NCBI GenBank assembly: GCA_963799775.1
Contig: CAWCYD010000003.1
Span: 1,184,001 to 1,248,000, forward strand
Length of the DNA stretch: 64,000 bases
Origin: an uncultured archaeon
GTDB taxonomy: Archaea > Thermoproteota > Nitrososphaeria > Nitrososphaerales > Gagatemarchaeaceae
Direction of reading: 5' to 3'
Position numbers and translations under genes: made by a program
Shown here: in pieces, positions 11,375 to 22,090 of the stretch
Layout: each line of letters starts with the position of its first letter
Numbering within the stretch: the first letter of the stretch is position 1
The notes under the pieces: model-generated
Told to the model about the DNA's origin: nothing
Seen by the model: only the letters and a program-made list of their open reading frames with translations
The model's database searches: none

Positions 11375-13524
11375 ATGAAGGTCAAGGAACTCCCGCTCCC
11401 GGAGACCTTCACGTCGTTTCTGGACTCGCAGGGCTTCCACGAGCTCTTCCCGCCTCAGGCCGCGGCCGTCGAGGCGGGGCTCCTCGAAGGGAAGAACCTG
11501 CTAGTCGCGAGTCCCACAGCGAGCGGGAAGACTTTGATAGCATCGCTGGCCGCGTTCAAGAGGATCGTAGAGGAGCACAGGAAGGTCGTCTACCTGAGCC
11601 CTCTCAGGGCCCTCGCGTCAGAGAAGTACTCCGAGTTCAAGAGCCTCTTCGAGGGCTTCGGCGTCAAGTGCGTCATCTCGACAGGCGACTTCGACTCGGC
11701 GGGGGAGGCCCTCAAGAGCTACGACCTGCTGGTCCTGACGAACGAGAAGTTCGACTCTCTCCTAAGGCACGGCATCCCATGGCTCCCGGACGTCGGCCTC
11801 TTCATCTCCGACGAGGTCCACCTGGCAGGGAGCGGCGACCGGGGGCCCACGCTCGAGATGATCCTCACGAAGGTCATCCACAGCGGCGTGAAGGCCCAGC
11901 TCCTCTCGCTCTCCGCCACCGTGAGCAACGCGGAGGAGATGGCGGGCTGGCTGCGGTCGGAACTGGTGGAGCTCACATGGAGGCCCGTCCCCCTCCGCCA
12001 GGGCGTGTACGACCACGGGAGGGTATGGTTCGCCGACCTTCAAGGCGAGTTCCAGACGGTGAGGTCGACCTACGGCCCGCCGATAGACATTGCGATAGAG
12101 TCCGTCTCGACCGGCGGGCAGTCTCTGATATTCGCCTCCACGAGGAGGAGGGCCGTCAGCCTCGCAGGCAAGGCCTCCGAGCTGACCTCGAGATACCTGG
12201 GAGAGTCTGACGTGAAGGCTTGCAGAGAGGCGGCGAGGAAGATCCGCGAGTCCGGGGAAGAGACGGGTCTGAGCAGGATGCTCGCTGACATGGTGGGGAA
12301 GGGAGCGGCCTTCCACCACGCAGGCCTGCCCCACGAGCACAGGAAGATAGTCGAGGACGCCTACAGGGCGAGAGCCGTGAAGGTGCTCGCGAGCACCCCG
12401 ACCCTCGCCGCCGGCGTCAACCTCCCCGCGAGGCGGGTCGTCATAGCGGACCTCTCGAGATACGACGGCGAGACGTCATCGAACGCCCCCATCTCCGTGC
12501 TCGAGTACAGGCAGATGGCCGGACGGGCCGGGAGGCCCCAGTACGACGAGTACGGGGAGACCGTGATGGTCCCACCACCCAGCCTGGGGGCGGAGGAGGC
12601 GATGCGCCATTACGTGGAGTCGAGCCCGGAGCCCATCGAGTCGAGGCTCGGAGGGGAGAGGGGCATGAGGGTCCACCTTCTCGCTGTCATAGCCAGCCGA
12701 TTGGGGACAACGAGGCAGGAGATTGACACGCTGTTCTCGAAGACGCTCTTGGCGGTCCAGACCGGGAGGGAGAGCGTCGCGAGGCACGTCGACGCCGCCT
12801 TGGGATACCTCTTCGCGGAGCAGCTGATCATCGAGAAGGGAGGCCTCTTCCAGGCGACGGGGTTCGGCAAGAGGATCTCGACGCTCTACATCGACCCGGT
12901 GACAGGGGCCTCTTCAAGAAGCACCTGGGGAACATCGTGCCCGGCCCTGACAACACGCTCAGGCTCCTCCACCTGGTCGCCAAGAGCCCAGACTTTGAGC
13001 CGAAGTTCCCGATGCGGGAGAAGTACCTCCAAAAGGCCTACGAGTTCCTTGAGGAGCACAGGGGCGACCTGCTCCTGGGAGGGCCTGGCAAGAGCGTGAC
13101 ATTCATGGAGTACGACGAGGCCGTGGAGGAGATGCGGACTATGATGGTCCTAGAGTCGTGGATAGACGAGCGCAAGGAGGACGACGTCCTCGAGAGTCTC
13201 GGGGCGGAGCCCGGCGACCTGCACAGGGCCGTGGACAGCGCAGACTGGCTGCTCTACTGCCTGTCAGAGCTCGCCAGGCTATTCGGAAGACAGGAGGTCA
13301 TCAAGGAGGCGAACTACCTCGGGAAGAGGGTGGCGATGGGAGTGAAGGGAGAGCTCGTGGAGCTGACGAAGCTCAGAGGGATCGGGCGCGTCAGGGCGAG
13401 GGCGCTCTACAACTTCGGGTTCCGTTCGCTAAAGTCGATAAAGGAAGCGCCGGTCGAGAAGCTCGCGCTCGTCGAGAAGATAGGGCCTACCCTCGCTCAG
13501 AGAATCAAGGAAGAGGCGTCCTGA
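11375..13524 (+). CDS. hel308: Ski2-like DNA helicase Hel308 (frameshift near 12910)
   Basis: PTASGKT, DEVH, FHHAGL, TLAAGVNLPA, QMAGRAGRPQYD, C-terminal HhH GIGRVRAR. Confidence 0.93.
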
Positions 13525-13541
13525 GGCGGACGGGGCCCTTC

Positions 13542-14789
13542 GTGCTGACAAACGGATTCGCCCTCCTTCGCGGTGAGGATGCCCCATCGGCGACGAGGGA
13601 GGCGATCGACCGTGTGGAGAGGTTCTCGAAGCACGTCTTGGTGGACGCCGGGGACGGCTTCGGAGACTACAGAGAGGCTAAGCTCTCCGGGAAGAAAGAG
13701 ATAGCGCTTGCTTACTCGTTGGCCAAGCCGGATGGAGGCCCGCTCGTCCATGGTTACACGCAGGAAGGTTGGGAAGGCGAGACCACAGGGACGATGCCGA
13801 ACGGAGAGTTCTCACTGCTCGCAAGGAGAGATAGGGAGAGCTTCGCGGGAGCGCGGGACGCGCTCGGGACGAGAGGCCTGTGGATCGTAGGAGACGGGCA
13901 GGGGGCCTCGATGGCCAGTGACCACAGGCTTCTGAAGGGAACCCCTCGCCTCGTCGAGCCAGGGTGGGTCTCCGACGGGAAGAGGGCGTGGCGGTGGGAG
14001 GACGGAGCGCCCAGGGATCGCCCGCCTGGATCTTTCGAGTCGGCAGCACGAGACCTCGCGGTGTTGATCGAGGAATCGGTGGGGGAGAGGGTGAGAGGGA
14101 GGAGACACGTGGCAGTCTCGTTCTCAGGAGGACTCGACAGCTCCCTCCTCGCCTTGGTGGCCTCGAGACACACGGATGTCCTGCTCTGTTCCGCATACTC
14201 TGCCGACTCTTTGGACGAGGAAAAGACGGAGACGGCCGCGCAGGTGCTCGGGCTGAGGCTGGAGACTGCAGTCCTTGACGACAAGGTTGTGGAGAAGAAG
14301 CTTGGGGCCCTCGGCCTGCTTCCAGGTGAGACGACGTTAATGGACAAGGCCCTCTGGTGCATCTACTCCTCCACGAGCGAACTGGCCGGAAAGAACGGTG
14401 CCGAGATGATCCTGCTCGGCCAGCTGGCAGACGAGCTCTTTGGAGGCTACAGAAAGTACACGCTCAAGGCGAGAGAGGAGGGGGTGAAGGCCGCCGAGGC
14501 CATGATGGCCCAGGACGTCCGAGCCTGCGGGACATGGGGGTTCTTGCGCGACGAGGCGGCGTGCTCTCGCTTCGCGGAGGCGAGGTTCCCGTACGCGGAC
14601 AGAAGAATCGCCTCCTTCGCCTCGGCACTGCCCTTCGACTACAAGGTAAGAGGAGAGGAGAGGAAGGCCGTCCTGAGGGCCGCGGCCATCGAGCTGGGGC
14701 TACCCGAAGAGCTCGCGATGGCGCCCAAGAAGGCGGCGCAGTTCAGCTCTGGGACATCCAAGCTCCTCAAGAGGTTGACTGGTTTTTAA
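13542..14789 (+). CDS. Asparagine synthase C-terminal-domain family protein
   Basis: ARDALGTR, SFSGGLDSS PP-loop, GQLADELFGGY, KKAAQFSSG. Confidence 0.8.
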   Translation: MLTNGFALLRGEDAPSATREAIDRVERFSKHVLVDAGDGFGDYREAKLSGKKEIALAYSLAKPDGGPLVHGYTQEGWEGETTGTMPNGEFSLLARRDRESFAGARDALGTRGLWIVGDGQGASMASDHRLLKGTPRLVEPGWVSDGKRAWRWEDGAPRDRPPGSFESAARDLAVLIEESVGERVRGRRHVAVSFSGGLDSSLLALVASRHTDVLLCSAYSADSLDEEKTETAAQVLGLRLETAVLDDKVVEKKLGALGLLPGETTLMDKALWCIYSSTSELAGKNGAEMILLGQLADELFGGYRKYTLKAREEGVKAAEAMMAQDVRACGTWGFLRDEAACSRFAEARFPYADRRIASFASALPFDYKVRGEERKAVLRAAAIELGLPEELAMAPKKAAQFSSGTSKLLKRLTGF

Positions 14790-14813
14790 CGCGGTGATTG
14801 GTCCCTGAGGCCG

Positions 14814-15074
14814 ATGGCCCCAGAGGCACCGAAGGGAAAGCTGGTCGGATTCAAACCCCTCCAAGAGGGATTCTGCTACTACTCGTTAGACGACGGGACG
14901 GTCCTAGGAGTGAAGCCGGTGATGGTGAAGATCTTCCGCCTGACGGGCCAGGACGGTCGTCCGGCGAGCGGCCCTGACGGAGTCCCTGCATACTTCTACC
15001 AGACTCAGAATGTGACCCAGTTCCTCACCCCTGACGAATACAAGACGATGACAAGCCGAAACCTGCAAGAGTAG
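14814..15074 (+). CDS. Small hypothetical protein
   Basis: ATG ORF of 86 aa, co-oriented, TTTTTAA box upstream. Confidence 0.65.
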   Translation: MAPEAPKGKLVGFKPLQEGFCYYSLDDGTVLGVKPVMVKIFRLTGQDGRPASGPDGVPAYFYQTQNVTQFLTPDEYKTMTSRNLQE

Positions 15075-15082
15075 CTCGGCTC

Positions 15083-15646
15083 TTGGCCGCTGGAGCCGGT
15101 GCAAGGTATCTCCCGGCCGCGGACACCTATCTCCTCATTGAGGCGCTCCGGCCCTGCGCAGGGAAGGCGTGTCTGGAGATAGGGTTCGGGAGCGGTGCGG
15201 TGATCTCCAGCGTCGCCGAGCGATTCGAACTCGCCGTGGCGACCGACCTGCTCGGCGTGAGCGACGCCAGACTTGCACGGACCCGAGGTGCGGACCTTGT
15301 CCTCTCGGACAGGGCTCGATGCTTCAGAGATGCGTCTTTTGACCTCGTATTCTTCAATCCGCCCTACGTCCCTTCTGACGAGGTGGAGGACCGTAGTGTG
15401 GACGGTGGACCAGAAGGGATCACGGTGCCCCTCGCCTTCCTCGAGGAGGGCTTGAGGGTCTTGAGGTCGGGAGGGAAGATCTTCGCACTGCTCTCTTCGG
15501 AGGGGAATCAGGAGTCGTTCCTCTCCCGCTGCGAGGCCCTCGGCCTTGTCGTAGAGAAGGTTGCGGAGAAGAGGCTGTTCTACGAGACTCTCTCCGTCTT
15601 TTCGATACGGAAGGGCTTGGAAGACCGAAAGCCTCACCAAAGCTAA
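15083..15646 (+). CDS. HemK2/N6AMT1-like SAM methyltransferase
   Basis: YLPAADTYLL, LEIGFGSG, NPPY, DGGPEG. Confidence 0.88.
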   Translation: MAAGAGARYLPAADTYLLIEALRPCAGKACLEIGFGSGAVISSVAERFELAVATDLLGVSDARLARTRGADLVLSDRARCFRDASFDLVFFNPPYVPSDEVEDRSVDGGPEGITVPLAFLEEGLRVLRSGGKIFALLSSEGNQESFLSRCEALGLVVEKVAEKRLFYETLSVFSIRKGLEDRKPHQS

Positions 15647-15664
15647 TACTCCGTCGTCGAGGGA

Positions 15665-16825
15665 GTGGCGGCGTTGGAAACGTCGAAGAGGGTGCTCGCG
15701 GTATCAGTCACGTTTACGCTCATGGCGCTTCTTCTTGTCGCGCCCCTGCAGACGGCGCACGCGGAATCGGTCGGGTCGTGGACGTCGACCACAAAGTACC
15801 CTCTCGCCCTCGCGGGCGAGTCGTGCGTCGCATTCTCATCCAGCGTCTACTGCATAGGAGGGTTCGGAGGGGGCGGAAACAGCCACAACCAGGTCTATCA
15901 CGCCAGCCTCGGCGCATCGGGGATCGGGACCTGGTCCGCAGGGACTGCATATCCGACCCCGGTGGACAGCGCAGCCTGCGTCAACGCCACGGCAGGGATC
16001 TACTGCGTCGGCGGAGAGGACTACCCTAACAACATATCCAACGTCTACTTCGCTCCGTTCTCCTCTTCAGGCCTGGGGGCTTGGTCGAGCGAGACCCCCT
16101 ATCCCAACGCCCTCGCCGGGATGTCCTGCGTCGTATACGGTGGATACATCTACTGCGTCGGCGGGTTCGACAGCAACGGCGACGAGGTCAGCTCGACGTA
16201 TTACGCCTCGCTGTCATCTGGTCTGACCTCTTGGTCAGGCACGACCCAGTACCCGCTCGCGGTGGACAGGGAGTCCTGCACCGCCTCTGCCGGGTACATC
16301 TACTGTGTGGCGGGAGAGATGGAGGTGGACTCGAACCAGAACAACCCTGTGACATACGTCTACTACGCCCCGCTGAGCTCCTCCGGGATAGGGCAGTGGA
16401 CAGCCACGCTCTCGTACCCGACCGCGCTCACGGCCTCGAGTTGCGCTCAATACTCTGGATACGTCTACTGCATCGGGGGGTTCGACAGCAGCGAGCTGAG
16501 CAGCGCCGACTCCTACTTCGGTCCGACGACTTCGACCGGGATAGCTTCATGGACGGACCTGCCACAATACCCGGTGGCCATCGACACCAGCTCCTGTGTT
16601 GCTGATTTGGGATACCTCTTCTGCATCGCAGGGAACTCGGTGACCCAGAGCAGCCAGTCGACGTTGAATCCTGTAAACTTTGCTTACTATGCCCCGATCT
16701 CAGGTGCGTCGACCCAGACCTCGACCACGCCGGAGTTCCCTCTCACCTTGGCGATCCCGACGATCCTCGCCCTGGCGCTGGTCGCGGTCGCTGGAATGGG
16801 ACGCCTCTACAACAAGAAACGCTAG
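15665..16825 (+). CDS. Secreted Cys-rich Kelch-like beta-propeller with PEF-CTERM sorting signal
   Basis: Signal peptide; six repeats W..T.YP......SC......YC.GG; TTPEFP + TM + KKR tail. Confidence 0.8.
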   Translation: MAALETSKRVLAVSVTFTLMALLLVAPLQTAHAESVGSWTSTTKYPLALAGESCVAFSSSVYCIGGFGGGGNSHNQVYHASLGASGIGTWSAGTAYPTPVDSAACVNATAGIYCVGGEDYPNNISNVYFAPFSSSGLGAWSSETPYPNALAGMSCVVYGGYIYCVGGFDSNGDEVSSTYYASLSSGLTSWSGTTQYPLAVDRESCTASAGYIYCVAGEMEVDSNQNNPVTYVYYAPLSSSGIGQWTATLSYPTALTASSCAQYSGYVYCIGGFDSSELSSADSYFGPTTSTGIASWTDLPQYPVAIDTSSCVADLGYLFCIAGNSVTQSSQSTLNPVNFAYYAPISGASTQTSTTPEFPLTLAIPTILALALVAVAGMGRLYNKKR

Positions 16826-16831
16826 AGCGGT

Positions 16832-17953
16832 CTAGAGCCCTATGCTGTTGATGGCTGCCCCGGAGCTCCCGTCCAACACGAAGATCATCTTCTTCCCCTT
16901 GTGGTCGTACCTCACGAACCACACAGGGACGTGGAGCAGCTCGCCGTCATCGACGTCCATCTGCGTTTGAATCTGCTGAATCATATGGTGAGCCTCGTGG
17001 GCCTTTTGCGACTGGAGCTGGTCGACGAGCGTCTTTGCCTGGGACTTGGCCACGTCCTCGCTGATGTCCCCGTTCAGGACCTTGATGCTCTTGTCTATCT
17101 TGGAGACGTCGAAGAACACCCTCTCGTCGAGCGCGAATGTGTAGTCGTGAGGCTGGTACTCCGTGATGGTCCCTTCATCGCGACGACGGGGAAGTTGTAG
17201 TTCTGGTCTAGCTGGTAGGTCTTCCTGGCCCCGCCTCCCATCCCCATGCCCATCCCGTAGAACATGGCTCGCGGATAGCGGCCTCCCAGGGCCATACCCT
17301 TCCCCAGGCCGCCGAAGAGCGGCAGGCCGAACGGACTGATCAGACCAGCCATGTCGAAGTGACCTTCTCCTTCCACCTCCTCCAAAGCCGCCGCCACCCC
17401 TCGCTCCGCCCATCCCGCCCAATATGATCCCCATCAGGGCGGCGCTGGTCGCGGTCTGGCCGAGCTGTTGCATCTCGTCTATCGCCACGATTGTCGTCCT
17501 CGCAGAGACGGGGATGATCCAGTAGGGGATGAAGGTCGCGCTCATCTCCTCGAGCGTCGACTCCTCCTGGAGATGGTGCTTGAAGATCCCCTTGTCCATC
17601 ATATCGCGGATAGCGGAAGTGACCTGGTCCTTTGTCAGCTTCATGGGGAGCATGGTGTGCTTCTGGATGTCCTTCCAACCTTGGTTGCCCAGCGTGATGC
17701 CCGTGCCGCAGTACTCGCACGTGATCACCATCTCTCCGAACTTCGGCGATATCGGAGCGCCGCAGCTGGGACACTTTAGAGCGGTCGCGCCTGCGGGGGC
17801 GATGACCTGCGCAGCGCTCTGCTGAGTCGCAGGAGCTGGAGAGGTCCTGGCCGCGCCCGCCCCTCCAGACGAAGAGGCGAGGGACGAGCCGCACTTGTAG
17901 CAGAACGCAGCCCCGTCGGGAAGCTGAGTGCCGCAGTTCGGACAATAAATCAT
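16832..17953 (-). CDS. Multi zinc-ribbon membrane-associated protein (internal compensating frameshifts ~17170-17400)
   Basis: CPNCG/CYKCG, CPSCGA/CEYCG, PYW and HVPVW motifs. Confidence 0.75.
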   Translation of the reverse strand: MIYCPNCGTQLPDGAAFCYKCGSSLASSSGGAGAARTSPAPATQQSAAQVIAPAGATALKCPSCGAPISPKFGEMVITCEYCGTGITLGNQGWKDIQKHTMLPMKLTKDQVTSAIRDMMDKGIFKHHLQEESTLEEMSATFIPYWIIPVSARTTIVAIDEMQQLGQTATSAALMGIILGGMGGARGGGGFGGGGRRRSLRHGWSDQSVRPAALRRPGEGYGPGRPLSASHVLRDGHGDGRRGQEDLPARPELQLPRRRDEGTITEYQPHDYTFALDERVFFDVSKIDKSIKVLNGDISEDVAKSQAKTLVDQLQSQKAHEAHHMIQQIQTQMDVDDGELLHVPVWFVRYDHKGKKMIFVLDGSSGAAINSIGL

Positions 17954-17968
17954 GCTGCTCTAGTCCCT

Positions 17969-19109
17969 TTACATCTTCGTCCCGCAGTTGGGACAGAACT
18001 TCGGCTGCCCTGTGATCGCAGTCCCACAGTTGGGACAGAACTTTGTTTTGGCTGCCGGCGCTGTCGATGGCTGTGGTGCGCCCTGTTGCTGCTGCTGGCT
18101 CTGCTGGGGTGCGGACAGCGCAGCGCCGCAGTTGGGGCAGAAGGCGCTGTTCAACGGGATGATCGAGCCGCAGTTGGAACAAGACCTTGTCGCGCCCTGG
18201 CCCATCGCTCCCATCATGGCTTGGCCGAACACTCCCCCTACGCCGACGCCCGCGCCGAGTCCGACTCCGAGGCCTGCCCCCACTCCAGCGACTCCAGACG
18301 GGTTCGAGGCAGCCTCGGTCATCGCCTGGCCCGCCTGGTACTGGAGATAGTTCACCCCGAGGGCCTGCATCTGGGGACCTGGTGTCGATTGCCTTCTGGA
18401 CCTCGTCGGGCAGGCTGATCGTCAGCCCGGAGATCTTGTTTATCTCGACTCCGTACTGGCCGAAGTTGTCCGGCGCGGTGGAGAGGACCATCTGCTCCAA
18501 GTTCGTGAGGTTTCCTGCGAGGTCGGTGACCTTTAGGCCCTGACCCTTCATCTTGCCGAGGGCGTTGTAGAGCAATATCAGCATCTGCTCCTTGAGCCTG
18601 TCCTCGACGTCGGCGGAGGTCTCGACGCTGAAAGTCCCCACGAACTGGTTGATGAAGTTCTCAGGAGAGGAGACCCTCCACCTGTATTCCCCGAAGACGC
18701 GCAGGCTCACGATCCCGAAGGTCGGGTCCGTGAACTGGTAGGGCTGGGTGCTTCCGAACTTTCCGTCCATGTACCTCTTCTGGAGGTAGTAGACCTCAGC
18801 CTCCTGGACGACTCCTGTGAAGAACTTTAGGAGGTTCCCCACTATCGGGGCGTTGAAGTCTGTGAGAGCGTATCTGTTGGGCTGGTCGAAGTAGGTCATG
18901 AACTTTCCGTCCCTGTAAAAGACGGCGATCTCGTCTTCCCTTACGACGATGTTGTCGTTGAGCCTGATGTTGCGGGTGACCTTCCACATCACGTTGTTCT
19001 GCTTGTATTGGTCTTCCCAGGTGACCGTGGTCGAGCCGAGGACGCTGCCTCCGGTCGCGGGTATCGAGCCGCTCCCTGCGGCGGGCTTCTTTCCGAAGAG
19101 GTTTACCAT
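17969..19109 (-). CDS. SPFH/Band-7 domain protein with C-terminal zinc ribbons (frameshift near 18375)
   Basis: IVVREDEIAVFYRDGK, DPTFGIVSLRVFGEY, ISLPDEVQKAID, YQAGQAM, repeated FCPNCG. Confidence 0.82.
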
Positions 19110-19134
19110 TCTTCTATCTTCTCGCTTTTCTGGC

Positions 19135-19683
19135 TCACTGCTTGACCAATATACCCTTTACCGCTTCCATCCTCACGCCCCACTTTTGCTTGAAGTCCGA
19201 GATGGCTGCGCCCACGCGGGCTAGCGACGCCATGACCGAGGCCGCGTTGGCTGGGTCGTAGACCAAGTTGGGGGATGACGTGGCTGCCACGAGCGCGAAG
19301 GCGGAGGCGACGAAGTCATAGTCGTAGTCATAGAGCTGGTTCAGCCTGTTCTGGTCAATCGTAATGCTCGCGACCCAGCCAGAATAGCCCTGCTCTGCGT
19401 GCCTCACCTCCCCTGCGATCTGCTGCAATTGGAAGATCAAGGAACCGATGTTCGTGAGGTTCGAGTAGTCGCCGGCGGTCGACATCTGCTTCCTCACGTC
19501 CTCTAGGTTGGCCTTTGCCGCGTTGAGCTTGTCCGCCACCTGGTTCCGGAGCATGTCGTCGGCGACCCGGAGGTCGTCCAGCTTCCTGTAGTTCCTCAGG
19601 CCCGGTATGAGCAGTTCGAGGTTCTTCTGTGGACCCCTGCTCGCATTCACTTGGTTCCTAATGTCAGAATTGTCTTGGGACAC
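19135..19683 (-). CDS. Conserved helical hypothetical protein, first gene of SPFH operon
   Basis: 182 aa ORF, IPGLRNY...LRVADDMLR, LYDYDY; co-oriented with SPFH gene. Confidence 0.7.
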   Translation of the reverse strand: MSQDNSDIRNQVNASRGPQKNLELLIPGLRNYRKLDDLRVADDMLRNQVADKLNAAKANLEDVRKQMSTAGDYSNLTNIGSLIFQLQQIAGEVRHAEQGYSGWVASITIDQNRLNQLYDYDYDFVASAFALVAATSSPNLVYDPANAASVMASLARVGAAISDFKQKWGVRMEAVKGILVKQ

Positions 19684-19749
19684 GAAAGCTCACTTGTAGA
19701 GTATCTAAGCGGGTATTCCTTGTTATAAAGGGTATAGGTGATTACGGGA

Positions 19750-20703
19750 CTAGAGAACGACTAGGCTGGGACCTCTTCTAGCCTGCTCGCGAAGGAACTT
19801 GTCCGCGTCGAGGACCGCTTTGCATCCGTCCGCGGCGGCAGTGACCGCCTGCCTGTATCTGTAGTCTCTCACATCGCCGGCGGCGAAGACGCCGGGGACG
19901 TTCGTCTCTGTCTCGTTCTTCACCCTGAGATAGCCGTTCGGCTCGAGGTCGAGCTGCCCCTCGAAGAGCTTGGTGTTGGGCTCGTATCCGATCGCGACGA
20001 AGACACCCTCGACGTCGAGCTTGCTCTCTTGGCCGGTCTCGGTGTTCTTGATCGTTACTCCCTCGACCTTCCCGTTTCCGTTGATCTCCTTCACAACCGA
20101 GTTCCAGTTGAAGCGGATCTTCGGGTCCTCGAGCGCCTCGGTCTTCAACGCGGCGCTGGCCCTCAGGTCTCCCTTTCTGTGTATAACCTGTATCGAGGAG
20201 ACAAGGTTGGAGAGGTAGGTGGCTTCCTCCATCGCCGTGTCCCCTCCACCGACTACTGCTACCCTCTTCCCCTTGAAGAAGAAGCCGTCACACACGGCGC
20301 AGTTTGAGACTCCCTTCCCCTGGAGCCTCGCCTCGGACGGGATGTTGAGGCGCCTGGGGGTCGCTCCGGTCGCGACGATGACCGAGAGAGCCCGGACCGA
20401 CTGTCCTCCAGACGTCGTAAGCTCGAAGGGATACTTGTCGAAGCGGACCGCGACGACATCCTCCTGGATTAGCCTGGCGCCTAGCCTCTCCGCCTGGCCC
20501 CTCATCTTGTGCATCAGTTCCGGCCCCAAGATTGGGTCGACGTAACCCGGGAAGTTCTCGACCTCGCTCGTCAGCATGAGCTGCCCGAAGGGGACGCTGC
20601 CCATGAAGACGACGGGCTTTAGGTCGGCCCTGGACCCGTAGATCGCTGCGGTGAGCCCTGCTGGCCCTGACCCGATGATTACCAGCTTCTCCAGCGACTC
20701 CAT
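19750..20703 (-). CDS. trxB: Thioredoxin reductase
   Basis: IIGSGPAG, VENFPG, CAVCDG, VGGGDTA, FAAGDV. Confidence 0.96.
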   Translation of the reverse strand: MESLEKLVIIGSGPAGLTAAIYGSRADLKPVVFMGSVPFGQLMLTSEVENFPGYVDPILGPELMHKMRGQAERLGARLIQEDVVAVRFDKYPFELTTSGGQSVRALSVIVATGATPRRLNIPSEARLQGKGVSNCAVCDGFFFKGKRVAVVGGGDTAMEEATYLSNLVSSIQVIHRKGDLRASAALKTEALEDPKIRFNWNSVVKEINGNGKVEGVTIKNTETGQESKLDVEGVFVAIGYEPNTKLFEGQLDLEPNGYLRVKNETETNVPGVFAAGDVRDYRYRQAVTAAADGCKAVLDADKFLREQARRGPSLVVL

Positions 20704-20944
20704 ACCGAGAAATCCGCGAAAGGGACTGATAAAGATATGCGAAGGGAGGAGCGACTAGGTAAGGAAACGTATACTTTGTCTGATGTGAGACTGAGGGAAA
20801 ATCAAGACTTTCCGCGAGTCAAGAAAGGAGCAACCGCTTTCACGGTTCTCCCTTCTGTTCCACGTCCGTTCCAGGCCATTTTCGCCGCTGGAACTCGGTG
20901 GAGACACCGGCCCGGGATTATTTAAGGTCTGTGCCCAGCGGGAT

Positions 20945-20960
20945 TGGCGGACCGGTCAGG
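20945..20960 (-). repeat. Degenerate tRNA-Arg 3'-end (att-like) copy, distal island boundary
   Basis: TGGCGGACCGGTCAGG, 13/16 to TGGCGGGCCCGGCAGG. Confidence 0.5.
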
Positions 20961-21045
20961 GCAGGCCCTGCAAAAAAAAAGCTGACCGAAACGCAAGGAA
21001 CAAGCCCGTGAAACATAATTAAGCTCTGAAGGCGGATAGAGTTCC

Positions 21046-21465
21046 ATGAAGCCTGCACAGAAGGGCACGGGGTTCACGGACGAGGAAAAAGCCGCGATGA
21101 GGGAGCGCGCCAAGGAGATGAGAGCGGACGAGAAGGACGGGGAAAGTGCCGTGCTCGCGAAGATAGCCGGGATGAAGGAGCCCGACCGCACAATGGCCAA
21201 GCGGCTCCATGCCATCATCAAAGCCAGCGCGCCAGACCTCTCGCCGAGACTGTGGTACGGGATGCCAGCGTATGCCAAGGACGACAAGGTCGTCTGCCAC
21301 TTGCAAGATGCGAAGAAGTTCAAGACGAGGTACTCGACGTTAGGATTCAGCGACAAGGCGAACCTCGACGAGGGCTCGATGTGGCCGGTCGCCTACGCGC
21401 TGAAGGCGTTGACCGCTGCCGAAGAGGCAAAGATTGCCTCGCTCGTGAAGAAAGCGGTGAGTTGA
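21046..21465 (+). CDS. DUF1801 (YdhG-like) protein
   Basis: [47 protein letters not shown]. Confidence 0.85.
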   Translation: MKPAQKGTGFTDEEKAAMRERAKEMRADEKDGESAVLAKIAGMKEPDRTMAKRLHAIIKASAPDLSPRLWYGMPAYAKDDKVVCHLQDAKKFKTRYSTLGFSDKANLDEGSMWPVAYALKALTAAEEAKIASLVKKAVS

Positions 21466-21517
21466 GGACCGAGCTCGCTTCTAGGGCCTGCCTTAAGCAG
21501 TCCAATTCTTGATTGAT

Positions 21518-21533
21518 TGGCGGGCGCGGCTGG
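21518..21533 (-). repeat. att-like tRNA-Arg 3'-end copy
   Basis: TGGCGGGCGCGGCTGG (14/16) followed by ATTCG. Confidence 0.7.
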
Positions 21534-21607
21534 ATTCGGAGCCCTCGTTGTGTCAAAGGATCGCCAGAAAGGCGGCATAACGATGAGAACACTAGCACAA
21601 ATAGGGC

Positions 21608-21886
21608 TTGACACGTTTATCAGCCGGCGCAAGTGTCCGCTCTCCAGAGGAAATGAGAAAGTTGCCGAGAGCCCAGCATGATGACGGGATCGATGGCTTG
21701 ATGAAGAAGGCGATAAAGGCGCGTACTCCGAAGGGGGCGATTGCGACGATTGACGAGCTTGGGAAATACGGCCAGGACGCGGTATACGCATTAGAAGAGA
21801 TTGTTGATGAAACCGTATTCGACGAGGTGCGCGCCCATGGATTGCAGGTCATAAGAGACATCAAGAGTGAGGACACTCAGTTCTGA
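21608..21886 (+). CDS. Small HEAT-like helical protein (start may be 21652)
   Basis: AIATIDELGKYGQDAVYALEEI...VRAHGLQVI. Confidence 0.55.
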   Translation: MTRLSAGASVRSPEEMRKLPRAQHDDGIDGLMKKAIKARTPKGAIATIDELGKYGQDAVYALEEIVDETVFDEVRAHGLQVIRDIKSEDTQF

Positions 21887-21929
21887 GTTCTCGTTTCAGA
21901 GTTCAAGCCTGTTTGTGGCGAAGTACTTG

Positions 21930-21956
21930 CGGCACGCCCGGCAGGACTTGAACCCG
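21930..21956 (-). repeat. att-like tRNA-Arg 3'-end copy including T-arm
   Basis: CGGCACGCCCGGCAGGACTTGAACCCG; last 21 nt match the tRNA at 20/21. Confidence 0.85.
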
Positions 21957-22024
21957 AACATGCTCTCGAAAAAGGATTGCAAGGGCCGGTTGGGTGCGAG
22001 AGCACTTGGGATGCCACAAGCAAG

Positions 22025-22047
22025 TTACAATCCGGCACAAAAAATAC
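22025..22047 (+). promoter_or_regulatory. 23-bp phased operator-like motif
   Basis: TTACAATCCGGCACAAAAAATAC, then 6 nt, then CTTAAG upstream of ORF 22091. Confidence 0.55.
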
Positions 22048-22090
22048 CTCTACCTTAAGCGCGCCCGCGCAGTGAATTCATCGATAGATC

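Noticed and set aside
1-13524. Frameshifts in carB, hisS, rfcS, mcm and hel308 (also rfcL and many island genes) as pseudogenes or programmed frameshifting
   Set aside because: Single-base indels are spread evenly, including essential genes, often at short homopolymers, with no decay of the flanking protein sequence; best explained by long-read errors.
22055-22079. TTAAGCGCGCCCGCGCAGTGAATTC as another att copy
   Set aside because: Weak match that coincides with the TATA box of ORF 22091; not counted.
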